Shown here: piece after piece, positions 40,201-50,860 of the stretch
Numbering within the stretch: position 1 is the stretch's first letter
Layout: each line of letters starts with the position of its first letter
NCBI GenBank assembly: GCA_963749495.1
Contig: CAVVMW010000022.1
Span: forward strand, 32,001-96,000
Source of the DNA: an uncultured bacterium
GTDB taxonomy: Bacteria; Verrucomicrobiota; Verrucomicrobiia; Limisphaerales; UBA8199
DNA length: 64,000 nucleotides
Direction of reading: 5' to 3'
Notes under the pieces: generated by a model
Seen by the model: only the letters and a program-made list of their open reading frames with translations
Told to the model about the DNA's origin: nothing
The model's database searches: none
Program-made: the position numbers and the translations under genes

Positions 40201-40427
40201 TTGCGGAGACCAGGTACTCGGCGGGCGGGCGCAAATTCAACGTGGACATCAACGGCCGCCGGGTGCTGTCGGACCTCGACATCGCCGCCGAGGCCGGCAA
40301 AGGCAAGGCCCTGGTAAAGGACTTCGATTCCATCACGCCGAACGCCGATGGCCAGATCGCCATCGCCTTCACCCCGGGCGCGGCCGACCAGCCAAAGATT
40401 TGCGGGATAGAGGTGATAAAGCGGTGA
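37257..40427 (+). CDS. GH2 glycoside hydrolase (beta-mannosidase/exo-glucosaminidase-like) with malectin domain
   Basis: ATVPGTVLTSL; GWDWIP; WWPNGFG; RNHPCIALWCARNE; FYSDNY; C-terminal VRLHFAE..RKFNVDING..ICGIEV. Confidence 0.92.
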   Translation: MTANHNAHCGIARPLNRTLSLAGLCLLLANVPAVRAASSREPAEPVRLRAGWQLQDADKVPQGGEAVSRLDFQPAGWHGATVPGTVLTSLVNDGVYPEPLYGENNRAIPDSLCRATYWYRTTFTPPQSFAGKRVWLTFHGINYTAEVWVNGRQVGTIQGAFARGSFDVSGQVTVGSPNALAVHVRPQPHPGVVKEKTIAGGTGPNGGITALDGPTFLCTIGWDWIPTIRDRDTGIWQDVTLSATGPVVIEDPYVTSRLPLPRTDSAELGIRATLRNATQQAQSGRLEGAIERTTFGQEVTLEPNETREVTFSSATTPGLRLEQPRLWWPNGFGPQNLYKLRLTFTQKGALSDARQASFGVRQITYALPGSDNLALSVNGVPVVAKGGDWGIDEAMKRIPRKRLEAAVRMHQLANYTIIRNWVGQSTSEELCGLCDQYGLLLWDEFFQPHPADGPVPENVELYLANVREKVLRLRNHPCIALWCARNEGDPPPAIGQGIRKLINALDPDRLYQPSSTSGRGVNSGGPYHWRTPRQFYTFGEAFKTEIGSISVPTLEAVQAMMPAKDWEVINDDWAEHDFCGGAQQGNLYPDIIAARYGFPASLADFVRKSQLANYECFRAMYEGRFAKLFHPATGVITWMSHPAQPSFVWQLYSHDLEPNSALYAARKACEPVHVQLNQNDWHVMVINNTPQTLDAIVRTTVFNLDGSQAWTESQTVSAGASAATDAGAVRFPQTGLSPVHFVKLQLLDSRQRLLSENFYWRALPEREDDFRALNSLPTVALDVRAARHEKDGKCLLDVAVKNPSSSIALMAHLQLRKDRSGGRVLPVFYSDNYLSLLPGERKTLTIEVAMADLEGEAPLLAVDGWNVTANPVSASGKTVRVMPNTKAQVPGAAAASAVEPAQTLSINCGGGRLGFFRFGAPAEGFAGDRDFRGGNVATTRETIDTQVPNAARLAVYQTERWGPCTYTLPAQKGAAYTVRLHFAETRYSAGGRKFNVDINGRRVLSDLDIAAEAGKGKALVKDFDSITPNADGQIAIAFTPGAADQPKICGIEVIKR

Positions 40428-40453
40428 GGGGCGGCCGTGGCTGCCATTGGTCA

Positions 40454-40476
40454 CCTTTGTCGCGGCCTTTGTCGCG
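40454..40476. repeat. left arm: two 12-mer units (CCTTTGTCGC..)
   Basis: cctttgtcgcggcctttgtcgcg, inverse of the 41680 array. Confidence 0.7.
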
Positions 40477-40560
40477 AGAATCTGGCTAATTAAGTTTAAG
40501 AACTGCATTGATCAGACCTCCGCGCCGGAGTTGAATCGGCTTTGCAAAACACAGCTTCGT

Positions 40561-40875
40561 ATGGAAAACAAATATCGAGCGATGCAGTTTTGGTTGCCGC
40601 TCGTCTTCGCGGCACACAACCAAAAGATCCTCAGTTACCTAGCGCTAGAGCGGTTGACTGGCATGGATAGGCGTGGAATCGGCAAGGTGCTTGAACCTAT
40701 TCAGGCATATTGCAAACGCAAGGGTTTGCCGCCTTTGACCGTCCTGGTCGTCAAAGAGGACACGGGCCAACCGGGGGGGGGATTCACGGAAGGGGCAGAG
40801 GGGGCAAAAGCGCGGGTATTCGTCTTCGATTGGCTCAGGAACTCCGCCCCGCAGCCAGACGATTTCTCAACTTAG
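40561..40875 (+). CDS. hypothetical protein (winged-HTH-like)
   Basis: LSYLALERLTG..IGKVLEPIQAYC..LPPLTVLVV..TGQPGGGF pattern. Confidence 0.65.
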   Translation: MENKYRAMQFWLPLVFAAHNQKILSYLALERLTGMDRRGIGKVLEPIQAYCKRKGLPPLTVLVVKEDTGQPGGGFTEGAEGAKARVFVFDWLRNSAPQPDDFST

Positions 40876-40930
40876 CACACCGCCAAGATGTGTGGTTTCT
40901 CGTCAGGGGACCCGTTTTCATGGAGAGGCG

Positions 40931-41666
40931 ATGCTCGCACATGAGAAGCTGCAGGTTTACGGCAAGGCGATCGCCTTCGTCGCATCCGCGTCCGCCCTCT
41001 CCGGGACATGGGGGAAGAAACACGCGGTGGTGGATCAACTTGAGCGAGCGTCCGAGAGTCTCATTCTGAACCTTGCTGATAGCGCCCGATTCGGCTCAGC
41101 CCCCAGTAAACTCAAGGCGCTGGACTATGCGCTGGGTTCCGGGCTGGAATGCAGCCTGTCTGGATGTGGCCAGGATCAAGGGCCTTCTATGCGACTCAGA
41201 GACGGATCGGGAGAAACAGCGGCTGTGTGAGATTGTTAGAATGTTGATCGGCCTCAGAAAGGCCTGGGAGACGTGGAGGGTGCATGACGATCGTGTCCCC
41301 TATACAGCGGAACCCTCGGTGCCAGCGCGTGGCCCCTTTTTCCACCACGAGAGGCTCGAGGTTTACGGCGCTGCGCTTGGTCTGATGGGCTGGTTGGTTT
41401 CCCTGCTGGGGGGTAAGGAGCCGTCGAGCAGGCTCTACCGGCAACTCGACGAAGGCGTGACCAGCATTATCCTGAACATCGCCGAAGGCAATGGACGCTA
41501 TTCAGAACTGGATCATCGGCGTTTCCTGGACGTGGCTCAGCGTTCTGCTGTGAAAGTGGCGGCGTATCTGGATTTGGCGGTGCATAAGCTCTCACTAAGT
41601 CCCAAGGAGTGTGGTCCTGGCAAGGCCCTTCTGGAAAGGGTAGTGGCGATGTTGTCTCGGATGTAA
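40931..41666 (+). CDS. tandem four-helix-bundle (23S rRNA IVP/Avd-like) protein (apparent frameshift ~41150)
   Basis: HEKLQVY..DQLERASES.ILNLA and HERLEVY..QLD..SIILNIAEGNGR..RRFLDVA..S. Confidence 0.85.
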
Positions 41667-41679
41667 GCACCTGGAGCAA

Positions 41680-41775
41680 GCGACAAAGGCTGCGACAAAG
41701 GTTGCGACAAAGGTTGCGACACAGGCTGCGACAAAGGTTCCGACAAAGGTTCCGACAAAGGTTCCGACAAAGGCT
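41680..41775. repeat. 12-bp tandem array (SCGACAAAGGYT)8
   Basis: Eight units counted between the four-helix gene stop and the metF stop. Confidence 0.92.
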
Positions 41776-41778
41776 GTC

Positions 41779-42687
41779 TTACAAGGAGGGGTTCGGCGCC
41801 AGCCCCAGGTTCTGCAAGATCCTCGTCGTCGCGTGCGCCTTATTGAGGGTATAGAAATGCAGCCCCGGGGCGCCGGACTGGAGCAAATCGGCGCACTGTT
41901 TGGTGGCATAATCGATGCCGAACTCAGCAACGGCTTGGTCGTTGTCGCCCAACTCATCGAGCTTGGCCGCCAGGGGGCTGGGGATGCGCGCGCCGCACAA
42001 GGCGGTGAACCGTTTGATCTGCGACTCGCTCAGGATGGAGACGATGCCGGGCACAATCGGCACGCTGACCCCCAGCTTGCGCGTGAGGTGATCGCGGAAC
42101 TCGTAAAAGTCGGCGTTGTCGAAAAACAGTTGAGTGATGATGAAATCGGCGCCCGCCTCGACCTTCTCCTTGAGATGCCGCCAATCCGCGTGCTTGCCCT
42201 CTTTGCAGGCGGTGTGGCCCTCGGGAAAGCCGGCCACGCCGATGCACAGGCCGGCCTCGGGCTGCTGGCGGATGAACCGGACCAGTTGGCTGGAGTATTC
42301 GAAGCCGCCGGGGGCTGGCTTGAATTCCCCCCCGCCGGGCGGGTCGCCCCGGAGGGCGAGGACGTTCCGGACGCCCAAGGCGCGGATCTGGCCCAGCAAC
42401 TCCCCGATCTGCTCGCGCGTGGCCTCGATGCAGGTCAGGTGGGCCACCGCCGTCAGCCCGTGCTCCCGCTGGATACTGTCCACAATCTTCAGCGTCTTCT
42501 CCCGCGTGCTGCCCCCGGCTCCGTAAGTCACCGAGCAGTAATCGGGCCGCGTTCGCCTCAAGGCCGGGATGGTCTTGTTGAGCAGGTTGGCGTCCCCTTC
42601 CGGCGTCTTGGGCGGAAAGAATTCAAATGAAATCACCGCCTGCCCGGCGGCTCGCTTGGCGGCATAGATGTCGCGAATGAATTGCAC
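41779..42687 (-). CDS. metF: 5,10-methylenetetrahydrofolate reductase
   Basis: SFEFFPPK; SVTYGAGGST; AHLTC; LALRGDP; ITQLFFD; HFYTLN. Confidence 0.96.
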   Translation of the reverse strand: MQFIRDIYAAKRAAGQAVISFEFFPPKTPEGDANLLNKTIPALRRTRPDYCSVTYGAGGSTREKTLKIVDSIQREHGLTAVAHLTCIEATREQIGELLGQIRALGVRNVLALRGDPPGGGEFKPAPGGFEYSSQLVRFIRQQPEAGLCIGVAGFPEGHTACKEGKHADWRHLKEKVEAGADFIITQLFFDNADFYEFRDHLTRKLGVSVPIVPGIVSILSESQIKRFTALCGARIPSPLAAKLDELGDNDQAVAEFGIDYATKQCADLLQSGAPGLHFYTLNKAHATTRILQNLGLAPNPSL

Positions 42688-42812
42688 AAGCTCTTAAGAT
42701 GCGCAGAATCCAAGGAAAATCAAACGGGAGTTCGCGGCCCGGATGGCGCGAGGGCGCATCTCACCTTTGTCGAGCCCGGCCGAACCGGCCGATTGGAGTG
42801 CGCGTCCGAAGT

Positions 42813-43112
42813 CGCGAAGCGTTTTGGACTGCGGCAGTCCTCTGCCGCTTTTCGGACCCTGGGGACGCGAAAGCGCCAGAGGACTGGCGCAGTCCAAAAC
42901 CTGCGGACCTGGCGACGGTTCATGGAGAGAGGCTCGACGGTTTTGAAATGGTGCATGCGGACCATGAACCGGCTAGTGCATGGCGGCGGAAGCCGCGAAG
43001 CGTTTTGGACTGCGGCAGTCCTCTGCCGCTTTTCCAACCCCAGCGCGCACGAAAGCGGCAGAGGACTGGCGCAGTCCAAAACCTTGCGGGCTTGGCGACG
43101 GTTCATGGAGAG
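42813..43112. repeat. two tandem ~118-bp REP-like palindromes
   Basis: cgcgaagcgttttggactgcggcagtcctctgccgcttt...agaggactggcgcagtccaaaacc..ggttcatggagag at 42813-42929 and 42994-43112. Confidence 0.9.
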
Positions 43113-43209
43113 GTCTGCGCGCCGTGTCGCTCCCGCCTTCACTGCAGACCTTACGCCCAGAACGCCGATTAGGCGTCCGCGCTCCGCTGCCATCGTGGTC
43201 GTGGCGTTT

Positions 43210-44355
43210 CTAGCGCGCCGGGGCGGGGCTGGGTGCGGCGGCAGTGGCCTGGGCCTCACGTTTGGCCATGATGGCGGCGATGATCTTATCCGCCAGCTCG
43301 GGCTTGTCGGTCAGGGCCTTTTGCGCGGCGTCCTTGCCCTGGCCGATCAGCTCGCCTTCGAATTGGAGCCAGGCGCCCTTCTTGTCCACGACGGCGTGGT
43401 CGATGCCGACATCGAGGATGCTGCCTTCCCGGTTGATGCCCTTGTTGTAGAGGATGTCGAACTCGGCCTCGCCAAAGGGGGGCGCCACCTTGTTCTTGAC
43501 GATCTTGACTTTGACATGGTTGCCCACGGCATTGCCGGCGGCGTCCTTGAGGGTGTCCTTGCGGCGGATATCGATGCGGACGGAAGCGTAGAACTTGAGC
43601 GCCTTGCCGCCCGGTGTGGTTTCGGGGTTGCCGAACATGATGCCGACCTTTTCGCGCATCTGGTTGATGAAGACGCAGGTCGTCTTGGCCTTGGCGAGCA
43701 GGGCGGTGAGCTTGCGCAGGGCCTGGCTCATGAGCCGCGCCTGCATGCCCATGGTGGCCATGCCCATTTCTCCCTCCAGTTCCGCCTTGGGCACCAGCGC
43801 GGCAACCGAGTCGATGACGATGACGTCCAGGGCATTGGTGCGGGCCAGGGTCTCGCAGATCGAGAGCGCCTCCTCGCCGCTGTCGGGCTGGGAGACCAGC
43901 AGATCGGCCAGGTTCACCCCCAACCGCTTGGCGTAGGCCGGGTCCAGGGCGTGCTCGGCATCGATGAACGCCGCCAGGCCCCCCGCCTTTTGGGCGTTGG
44001 CAATCACGTGCAACATCACGGTCGTCTTGCCGGACGACTCCGGCCCGAAGATTTCGATAACGCGCCCGCGCGGCAATCCGCCCACGCCCAGGGCCAGGTC
44101 CATCGCCAGCGACCCGGTGTGGATGACCTCGATCTGCTTGAGGGCGCGGGCGTCGCCCAGCCGCATGATGCTCCCCTCGCCGAAGGCCTTGGTGATGGTG
44201 GAGATCGCCGCCTCGAGGTTGCGCTGGCGCGCCGCCGCCGCTTTGGCGGCCTCGGCTGCCGCTGCCTCGGCCGCGCGCTCCTTGTCTTTGGCCTCCGCCG
44301 CCCGGTCGCGGGTCTCGACGGGCTTCTCCAGTTTCTCGATAGTTTTGGCCAGCAT
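43210..44355 (-). CDS. recA: recombinase RecA
   Basis: [44 protein letters not shown]. Confidence 0.98.
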   Translation of the reverse strand: MLAKTIEKLEKPVETRDRAAEAKDKERAAEAAAAEAAKAAAARQRNLEAAISTITKAFGEGSIMRLGDARALKQIEVIHTGSLAMDLALGVGGLPRGRVIEIFGPESSGKTTVMLHVIANAQKAGGLAAFIDAEHALDPAYAKRLGVNLADLLVSQPDSGEEALSICETLARTNALDVIVIDSVAALVPKAELEGEMGMATMGMQARLMSQALRKLTALLAKAKTTCVFINQMREKVGIMFGNPETTPGGKALKFYASVRIDIRRKDTLKDAAGNAVGNHVKVKIVKNKVAPPFGEAEFDILYNKGINREGSILDVGIDHAVVDKKGAWLQFEGELIGQGKDAAQKALTDKPELADKIIAAIMAKREAQATAAAPSPAPAR

Positions 44356-44363
44356 ACTTGTTC

Positions 44364-45425
44364 CTATTGCTTAAGCTTGACGACGCTGCCGGTCCGGACG
44401 GACTGTTCCTCGGCTTCGCAGATTTCGAGGGCGCCCAGGCCGTCCTGGGCGGTGACGATGCCGGGCGGTTTGCCTGCACAGAGGCAGTCCACCATGTAGC
44501 GGACCTCGAGGGCGTAGCCGTCCGGGCCGTCGAGCTTGAGGGTGCGGAGCGGTTGCCCGGGCTCGGACACCTGGGCGGCCTCGGCGCCGCGCGCCAGGCT
44601 GAAGTCCAGGGTCGCCCGCTCGCAGTGGAGGGTATAGGCCATGTTGAAACCCTGGGTCAGCAGCCAGCCTCCCTCGGCATACACGACGGGGCCGGCCGGG
44701 TAAATGTATTGGGTCACCACGTGGTCAATCGAGCCGCTGGGCCGCACGACGCCGGTCGAGAAGACGCCCGAGGGCCGTCCGAAGAGGAACTGGACGAAGT
44801 CGGTGTCATGGATATGGAGGTCGAAGAGGGCGCCGCCCAGGTCGGTGCCGCCGGCGTAAGTGCCCTGCTTGCTCCAGGTGGGGAACTCGGAGAGGCGCCG
44901 GAAGCGCGCGGCCAGCACGCGGCCATAGGTCTGCTCCCGGACCATTTGCTGGAGCCCGCTCCATCCCGGCCAGAAGCGCATGCACATGGCTGGCATGAGG
45001 GAGCGGCGCGCCGCAGCGGCGGCCTGGACGATCCGGCGCGCGTCGGCCGAGGTGCGTGCCAGCGGCTTCTCGCACAAGACGTGTTTGCCCGCCTCCAGCG
45101 CCGCGATGGCCTGCTCCGCGTGCAGCGGCGTGGGCGTACACAGGTCCACCAGGTCGATCTCCGGCTCGGCCAGCACCTCCTCGATCCGCCGAAACACCTT
45201 CACGCGCGGACCGAGGTCGATGTCGTCCGATTTCTTGACGTTGCCGGTCACGCCCGCCAGCACGCCGTTGACCGGCAGGCGCACGGAGTCGCACACGGCG
45301 GCGATCTGCGCGGCCTCGACCGCCAGATAGGCGCGCAAATGGGTCACGCCCATGAACCCCAGACCCACTACCGCCACGTTGACGCGGCGTGTTGAATTGG
45401 ATTTCGGAGAATTTGTCTTGCTCAT
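44364..45425 (-). CDS. Gfo/Idh/MocA family oxidoreductase
   Basis: [24 protein letters not shown]. Confidence 0.92.
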   Translation of the reverse strand: MSKTNSPKSNSTRRVNVAVVGLGFMGVTHLRAYLAVEAAQIAAVCDSVRLPVNGVLAGVTGNVKKSDDIDLGPRVKVFRRIEEVLAEPEIDLVDLCTPTPLHAEQAIAALEAGKHVLCEKPLARTSADARRIVQAAAAARRSLMPAMCMRFWPGWSGLQQMVREQTYGRVLAARFRRLSEFPTWSKQGTYAGGTDLGGALFDLHIHDTDFVQFLFGRPSGVFSTGVVRPSGSIDHVVTQYIYPAGPVVYAEGGWLLTQGFNMAYTLHCERATLDFSLARGAEAAQVSEPGQPLRTLKLDGPDGYALEVRYMVDCLCAGKPPGIVTAQDGLGALEICEAEEQSVRTGSVVKLKQ

Positions 45426-45442
45426 GATGTGCTGTGCTTTTT

Positions 45443-45627
45443 GTCCCGAAGGGACATTCGACAATAGCCCAACGTTTCAACGTTGGGTTTGGCCGCCAAC
45501 AGGGATAAGTCCCGAAGGGACGGCTGAAAGGGGTGCGCGGCTTCAGCCGTCCCTTCGGGACTCAGCACATCGGCACCCGCAACCCAAGGTTGAAACCTTG
45601 GGCTACTCTCAGGTGTCCCTCCGGGAC
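45443..45627. repeat. REP/MITE-like composite palindrome
   Basis: gtcccgaagggac twice; cccaacgtttcaacgttggg and cccaaggttgaaaccttggg hairpins. Confidence 0.85.
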
Positions 45628-45677
45628 AATACCCGAGGGCGCCGTCGCTGATTGCGAGGATGGTGAACATTGTCCAG

Positions 45678-46526
45678 TCAACTGGCCTTCTCGACGACCG
45701 CCCTGGCGGCGCGGATGTCGGCCACGCGTTGGTTGCCGGCCTCGCGCTCGATGACGAAATCACCCTGGTAGCGGTTCTCGCGCAAGACGGCAAAGAAGGC
45801 CGGCCAATCCACCTCGCCGGTTCCGACCACGACTTCCTCGCCCCAGGTGCCGGGCGCGCGGGTGCGCCGGGCGTCCTTGATATGGACCTGCCGCACCCAC
45901 GGCCCCAACAACTGGAGCGCCTCGATGGGGTTGCCCTTGTCGTAGAGAATCATGTTGGCCGGGTCGAAGTTGACGCCCACGTCCGGCCGATCCAGTTTGC
46001 GCAGCAACTGGAGCAACACCGGCGCGGTCTCCTGGCCCGTCTCCAGCCCGAGCACTATCTTCTTCTGCGCGAAGACATCCGCCACAGCCGCCAGACGCCC
46101 CAGCATTTTGGCAAAAGCCGGGTCCGATTCCTCGTGCGGGAGAAAACCGGCGTGGAAGCTCACCAGGTTCAGCCCCAGGCCCTCGGCCAATGCGGCGGCC
46201 CGTTTGATGTTCTCCAAGTTCTGGTCCCAGGTCGCGTCCGGGGCGACGCCGCCGGTGCGCCGGATGCTTTCGAGAGTCGAGTAATCCTCTCCCACGCATC
46301 CGACCATGCCGGAGACAATCACAATGCCCTGCTGGCGGCAAAGCGGCCCGATCTCGCCCCACGGCTGCGGTTGTTCGCGCAAGGGGTCCAGCGCCAATTG
46401 AAGGCGTGTCAGGCCCGTGGCCTGGAGTTTGGCAATCAAATCCCGGGGATCGGCCGGTTGCAGCGACCAACTGCAGACCGCCATACGCCCGCCTGCAAGA
46501 GAAGGAGAATTCGTGGCCATCATCAT
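45678..46526 (-). CDS. sugar phosphate isomerase/epimerase (xylose-isomerase-like TIM barrel)
   Basis: LETGQE; NFDPAN; HIKD; GTGEVDW; IERE. Confidence 0.88.
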   Translation of the reverse strand: MMMATNSPSLAGGRMAVCSWSLQPADPRDLIAKLQATGLTRLQLALDPLREQPQPWGEIGPLCRQQGIVIVSGMVGCVGEDYSTLESIRRTGGVAPDATWDQNLENIKRAAALAEGLGLNLVSFHAGFLPHEESDPAFAKMLGRLAAVADVFAQKKIVLGLETGQETAPVLLQLLRKLDRPDVGVNFDPANMILYDKGNPIEALQLLGPWVRQVHIKDARRTRAPGTWGEEVVVGTGEVDWPAFFAVLRENRYQGDFVIEREAGNQRVADIRAARAVVEKAS

Positions 46527-46633
46527 TGACTGGTTTGTGGGGCACTATGTTCCGATCAAGGCGCCGTGCGCAAGCGTGTTTTTGCCGGAGCAGTAATCGG
46601 TCCCGTGAAGGCGGAAACGGAGTCCCCGGCGAA

Positions 46634-46777
46634 CCCCTCACCCCAGCCCTCTCCCCTCCGAGGGGAGAGGGAGAAGCGTCGGCAGTCTCTGGGAATTCCA
46701 GACGCCTCCGCTTCGTCAAGACGCTACCGAGAATTCTCCCTCTCCCCTTTGGAAGGGGAGAGGGACGGGGTGAGGGG
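46634..46777. repeat. CCCTCACCCC..CCCTCTCCC-type palindrome (related pieces at 4532-4595, 9961-9978, 10209-10251)
   Basis: cccctcaccccagccctctcccct ... aggggagagggacggggtgagggg. Confidence 0.85.
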
Positions 46778-46793
46778 TCTGCCCGCCCAGTAC

Positions 46794-48089
46794 TTAGTCG
46801 CCCGGGGCCAGCAGGCGCAGTTCCTGCAGGCAAAGCCCGTAGCGGCTGCCCTGGGGGCGCGACTTGAAGGTGATGCCGCCCCAGCCGGAGCTGAAATTGG
46901 CCGCGTAGCAGAGCCAGAGTTTGCGGCCCTCGGGGCCGATGAACTTCGAGGGGATGTTCACGAAATAGGCCTGCTCGCCAAAGTGGCTCATGTGGGTCAC
47001 CAACTTCCAGGGGCCGGTCAGGCGGTCAGACTCCAGGATGCAGGTGTTGTAGCGGGAGACCGTGGTCCCGCCGTCGGTGACGCACATCAGGAATTTCCTG
47101 AGCGGGGCGTTGTAGGTCATGGTCACGCATCCCATGTGGTCGCGCCACTGGGCGATGGGCTGGCTGCGGGCCAAATCGCTCGTCCAGGCGGCGCGTCCCT
47201 GGGCATCGTGGCCGGCAAAGAACTGGTACTGGGCGGCATCGTTCATGTTCCGGATGCTCGGCGTGACGCGCGCCAGATAGACCTGGTCGGCGGTAATCCA
47301 GCTATTGAAGGCATAGCGCCGGTTGGCGCCGTCGGACGCGCCCTGGGCGACCAGGTAGGCCTTGCCGTCGGGGGAGTGTTCGAGGTTTTTGCCCAGGTCC
47401 ACGAAATGGGGCGCGCCAATCTTGACGGGCTCTCCGTGCAGGGCCTGCTCGCCGAAGATGGGTCTTTCCGGCGTGCAGGGCGTTTGGGTCCAGGTCTTGC
47501 CCAGGTCGGTGGACCAACGGAAGCCGACGAACGGACCGAGCCAGGGCCAGTTGTAGGTGATGCCGTCGCGAGGGACCTGGCCGTTGGGGTGCAAACAATA
47601 CGTGCCATAGTACCAAACGCCATTGTACACCAGGCTGCCGCACGGGTAGCGTCCCTCGTATGGCCTGGGGCTGCTGGCAAAGACGCCCTGGTTGGTCACG
47701 ACCAGTTTCAAGGGATCGTCTCCGAGGATCGTGGCGTTGCCCGTCGTCGCCTTCTCACCCGATGAACTGGAGCCCAGGCCGTTGACGTTGCCATCGGTCC
47801 ATGGCGAATAGAGGTTCCCGTCGGACGCCCACGACGGATACCAGGTATCCGCCCCGGTGTACTCGGCATGGCGGCCGGTGAAGCCGACGCCCACCAGTGT
47901 CTCGGATTGCGGGAAGGGACAACCCGCCGGCGGCGTGGACGGCCAGACCTGCCAGGGGCTGGGCGGAGGCGCCTCCGCGACCCGCTCCGCTGCCCCGGCC
48001 CATAGCACGGCGGCCAGAAGGCAAATCAGGGGCAGGCCGGAGGGGACCGGCAGTGCGCGCGCACAACGTTGGGTTCTCATGGCCCGCAT
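46794..48089 (-). CDS. secreted hypothetical protein (Asp-box, possible beta-propeller glycosidase-like)
   Basis: Signal peptide; DTWYPSWASDG; STDLGKTW Asp-box; GPW. Confidence 0.65.
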   Translation of the reverse strand: MRAMRTQRCARALPVPSGLPLICLLAAVLWAGAAERVAEAPPPSPWQVWPSTPPAGCPFPQSETLVGVGFTGRHAEYTGADTWYPSWASDGNLYSPWTDGNVNGLGSSSSGEKATTGNATILGDDPLKLVVTNQGVFASSPRPYEGRYPCGSLVYNGVWYYGTYCLHPNGQVPRDGITYNWPWLGPFVGFRWSTDLGKTWTQTPCTPERPIFGEQALHGEPVKIGAPHFVDLGKNLEHSPDGKAYLVAQGASDGANRRYAFNSWITADQVYLARVTPSIRNMNDAAQYQFFAGHDAQGRAAWTSDLARSQPIAQWRDHMGCVTMTYNAPLRKFLMCVTDGGTTVSRYNTCILESDRLTGPWKLVTHMSHFGEQAYFVNIPSKFIGPEGRKLWLCYAANFSSGWGGITFKSRPQGSRYGLCLQELRLLAPGD

Positions 48090-48154
48090 GTTGGCGGTCC
48101 CCGGAGTCGCTGTCAAACACGGTTCGGAGGCGGTTGGACTGTGCGGGAGAAGCA

Positions 48155-48323
48155 AAATCATTACGGGCAAGATCATTTTTCAGAAAGTTATTTTTATCAT
48201 TCTGCCAGAAATGGTTCTGCCTTTGCCTCCCGAAGACCGGGAGAGGCAGAATCATTGCTGGCAGAGTCATTTTTCGGAAGTTTATTCTTATCATTCTGCG
48301 CTTGCCGCCCCTTTCGTCATTCG

Positions 48324-48336
<13 letters not shown>
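48155..48336. repeat. GGCAGAATCAT-type degenerate palindrome plus (ATTCGTC)3
   Basis: atcattctgcc/ggcagaatcat units; the heptamers overlap the lolD stop codon. Confidence 0.7.
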
Positions 48337-48999
<663 letters not shown>

Positions 49000-49007
<8 letters not shown>

Positions 49008-50289
49008 AACGCAAGGCATCCACCGGCTTGAGCCGTCCCGCCAGCCAGGCGGGGATGGCCCCGCCCAGCGTGCAGATGAGCAAGGCGCTGCCGCAGACCA
49101 GGAGCAGGTCCCGGGGAACGATCAGCATCGGCAGTTCGGTGAAGTTGTAAATCGAGGGGGGAAACAACTGAAAGTGGAAGAGCTTGTCCATGAAGTCCAG
49201 GAACCAGTTGCGGTAGTGCAGGGCCAGGCGGCCCAGCCCGTAGCCGGCCACGACGCCCACCAGGCCCAACAGGGCGCCCTGGCTCAGGAACAGCAACGTC
49301 ACCTGCAGGTCGGCCGCGCCCAGGGCCTTGAGCATCCCGATCTCGCGGGTCTTTTGCACCACGAACGTGATGAGCGCGCTCAGGATGCACAGCGCCGCCA
49401 CGATCATGATGAAAAACAGGAGGTAAAACATCACGTTCTTCTCGACTACCAGCGCGCCCAGCAGGTTCGCATTGTCCTCCATCCAGGTGCGGGCAGCATA
49501 GCGCGGCCCCAGGGCCCGCTCCAGTTCCTGCGCAACGGCGGTGGCCCGGTAGGGGTCGCGCAGCATCACAGCCACCCCGTGTACGGTGCGGTCCAATCCG
49601 TACAACTCCTGGGCGTCCCGCAGCGAGGTGACCACGAACGCCGCGTTGTATTCATAGTAGCCGACATCGAAGATGCCGCGCACCTCGTACTCCGGGACCA
49701 CGGGCAAGCGCGTGCCGGGGGGAAGTTCCCCGCCGTTCTTGCGCTGGAGATCGTAGAGCCTCTGGAACTCGTTGGGGGCATACACCTCGACCCGGTCGCC
49801 CACCGACAGCTTCAGGTTCTCGACCAACTGCGTGCCCACCAGCAGGCCGCGGTCGTTCACGTCGAATGTGCCCTGGACGATGTTGGTGGGCAGGATGCTG
49901 ATGTTGGTTTCCAACTGGGGGACAATGCCGCGCAGGAACGGGGCGGAGACCTGCCGCTGCCCGCTCGGCGGCTCGGTGACCAACAGGACTTGCCCCAGTA
50001 TATAGGGCGCCGCCGCCCGGACCTGCGGATTGGCCGAGATGGTCTGGATCACGCGCGTGTAGTCCCTCATCGTGTGGCCGGGTTCCTCGATCCTGAGGTG
50101 CGGATTGAAGCCAAGAATCCGCTCGCGCGATTGCTGGTCAAACCCGCTCATCACGCTCAAGACAATAATCAGGACTGCCACACCCAGGGTGACGCCCACG
50201 GCGGAAATCAAGGAGATGACCGAGACGAACGTCCTCTTGGGCCGCAGATACCGCAACGCCAGCAGCAGTTCGAACGGCATTCGTGACAT
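49000..50289 (-). CDS. lipoprotein-releasing ABC transporter permease LolC/E
   Basis: LALRYLR..ISAVGVTLGVAVLIIVLSVMSGF; KTREIGMLKALGA; coupled to lolD. Confidence 0.9.
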
Positions 50290-50335
50290 GCGGCGCAAGC
50301 TAAACGGGCGCGGCCCCGCTGTCAACGCGCCCCCA

Positions 50336-50806
50336 TCACCACAAAAATGATTGTTCCTCTCCCAGCATCCGCTCCCCTTCCCAGAGGCTCGCGCGCCAGG
50401 CGGTCACCTCGCCAAAGGTCTTGTACGCTTCTCCCGTCAGGATCAGGCCGCTCCAGCGGCCCAACCAGCGGCCGCCGGAGGGGGGGACGGCCCGCTCCAG
50501 GACCAGTTGCCGGGGCAGGTTGCCCTGGGCGATGCCGCGCAGTTCCAGCCGGAGCCGCAGCGGGGCAATCACTCTGCCTTTGACCTTCCAATGCACGTCG
50601 TACATGACGCCGGAAATCTTCCCGGGGTTCTGGCGCAGGTTTGCCTGGTAGGCATCCCGCTCATACAGGCTGGGCGAAAGGCTGTGGCGCCCCTGCATAT
50701 CCAGAAACAAGGGCAACACCTTGAGCACTCGGCCCGTTGCCGCCCCGCACGGCAACGTGAGCGCGAGCAAGACCAGCAGTGAGCAGCGAGCAAGAGACCG
50801 GCGCAT
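50336..50806 (-). CDS. secreted hypothetical protein
   Basis: Signal peptide; protein-like composition. Confidence 0.65.
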   Translation of the reverse strand: MRRSLARCSLLVLLALTLPCGAATGRVLKVLPLFLDMQGRHSLSPSLYERDAYQANLRQNPGKISGVMYDVHWKVKGRVIAPLRLRLELRGIAQGNLPRQLVLERAVPPSGGRWLGRWSGLILTGEAYKTFGEVTAWRASLWEGERMLGEEQSFLW

Positions 50807-50860
50807 GGAGCAGAGATACCCGCCACCAGGGGCGATTTCAACACCGAACTGCGGCAAAGG

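Noticed and set aside
41680..41775. Possible CRISPR array
   Set aside because: Contiguous 12-bp units with no unique spacers and no cas genes; the same applies to 50861-51075.
42690..42810. SAM riboswitch upstream of metF (also looked upstream of the Cys/Met gene)
   Set aside because: No recognisable SAM-I core seen by eye; a covariance search would be needed to exclude one.
42682..44499. 605-aa plus-strand ORF and similar long shadow ORFs (e.g. 10213-12243, 52497-54233, 56587-58839)
   Set aside because: Antisense to recA, GH2, DAGK and gltB; expected in GC-rich DNA.
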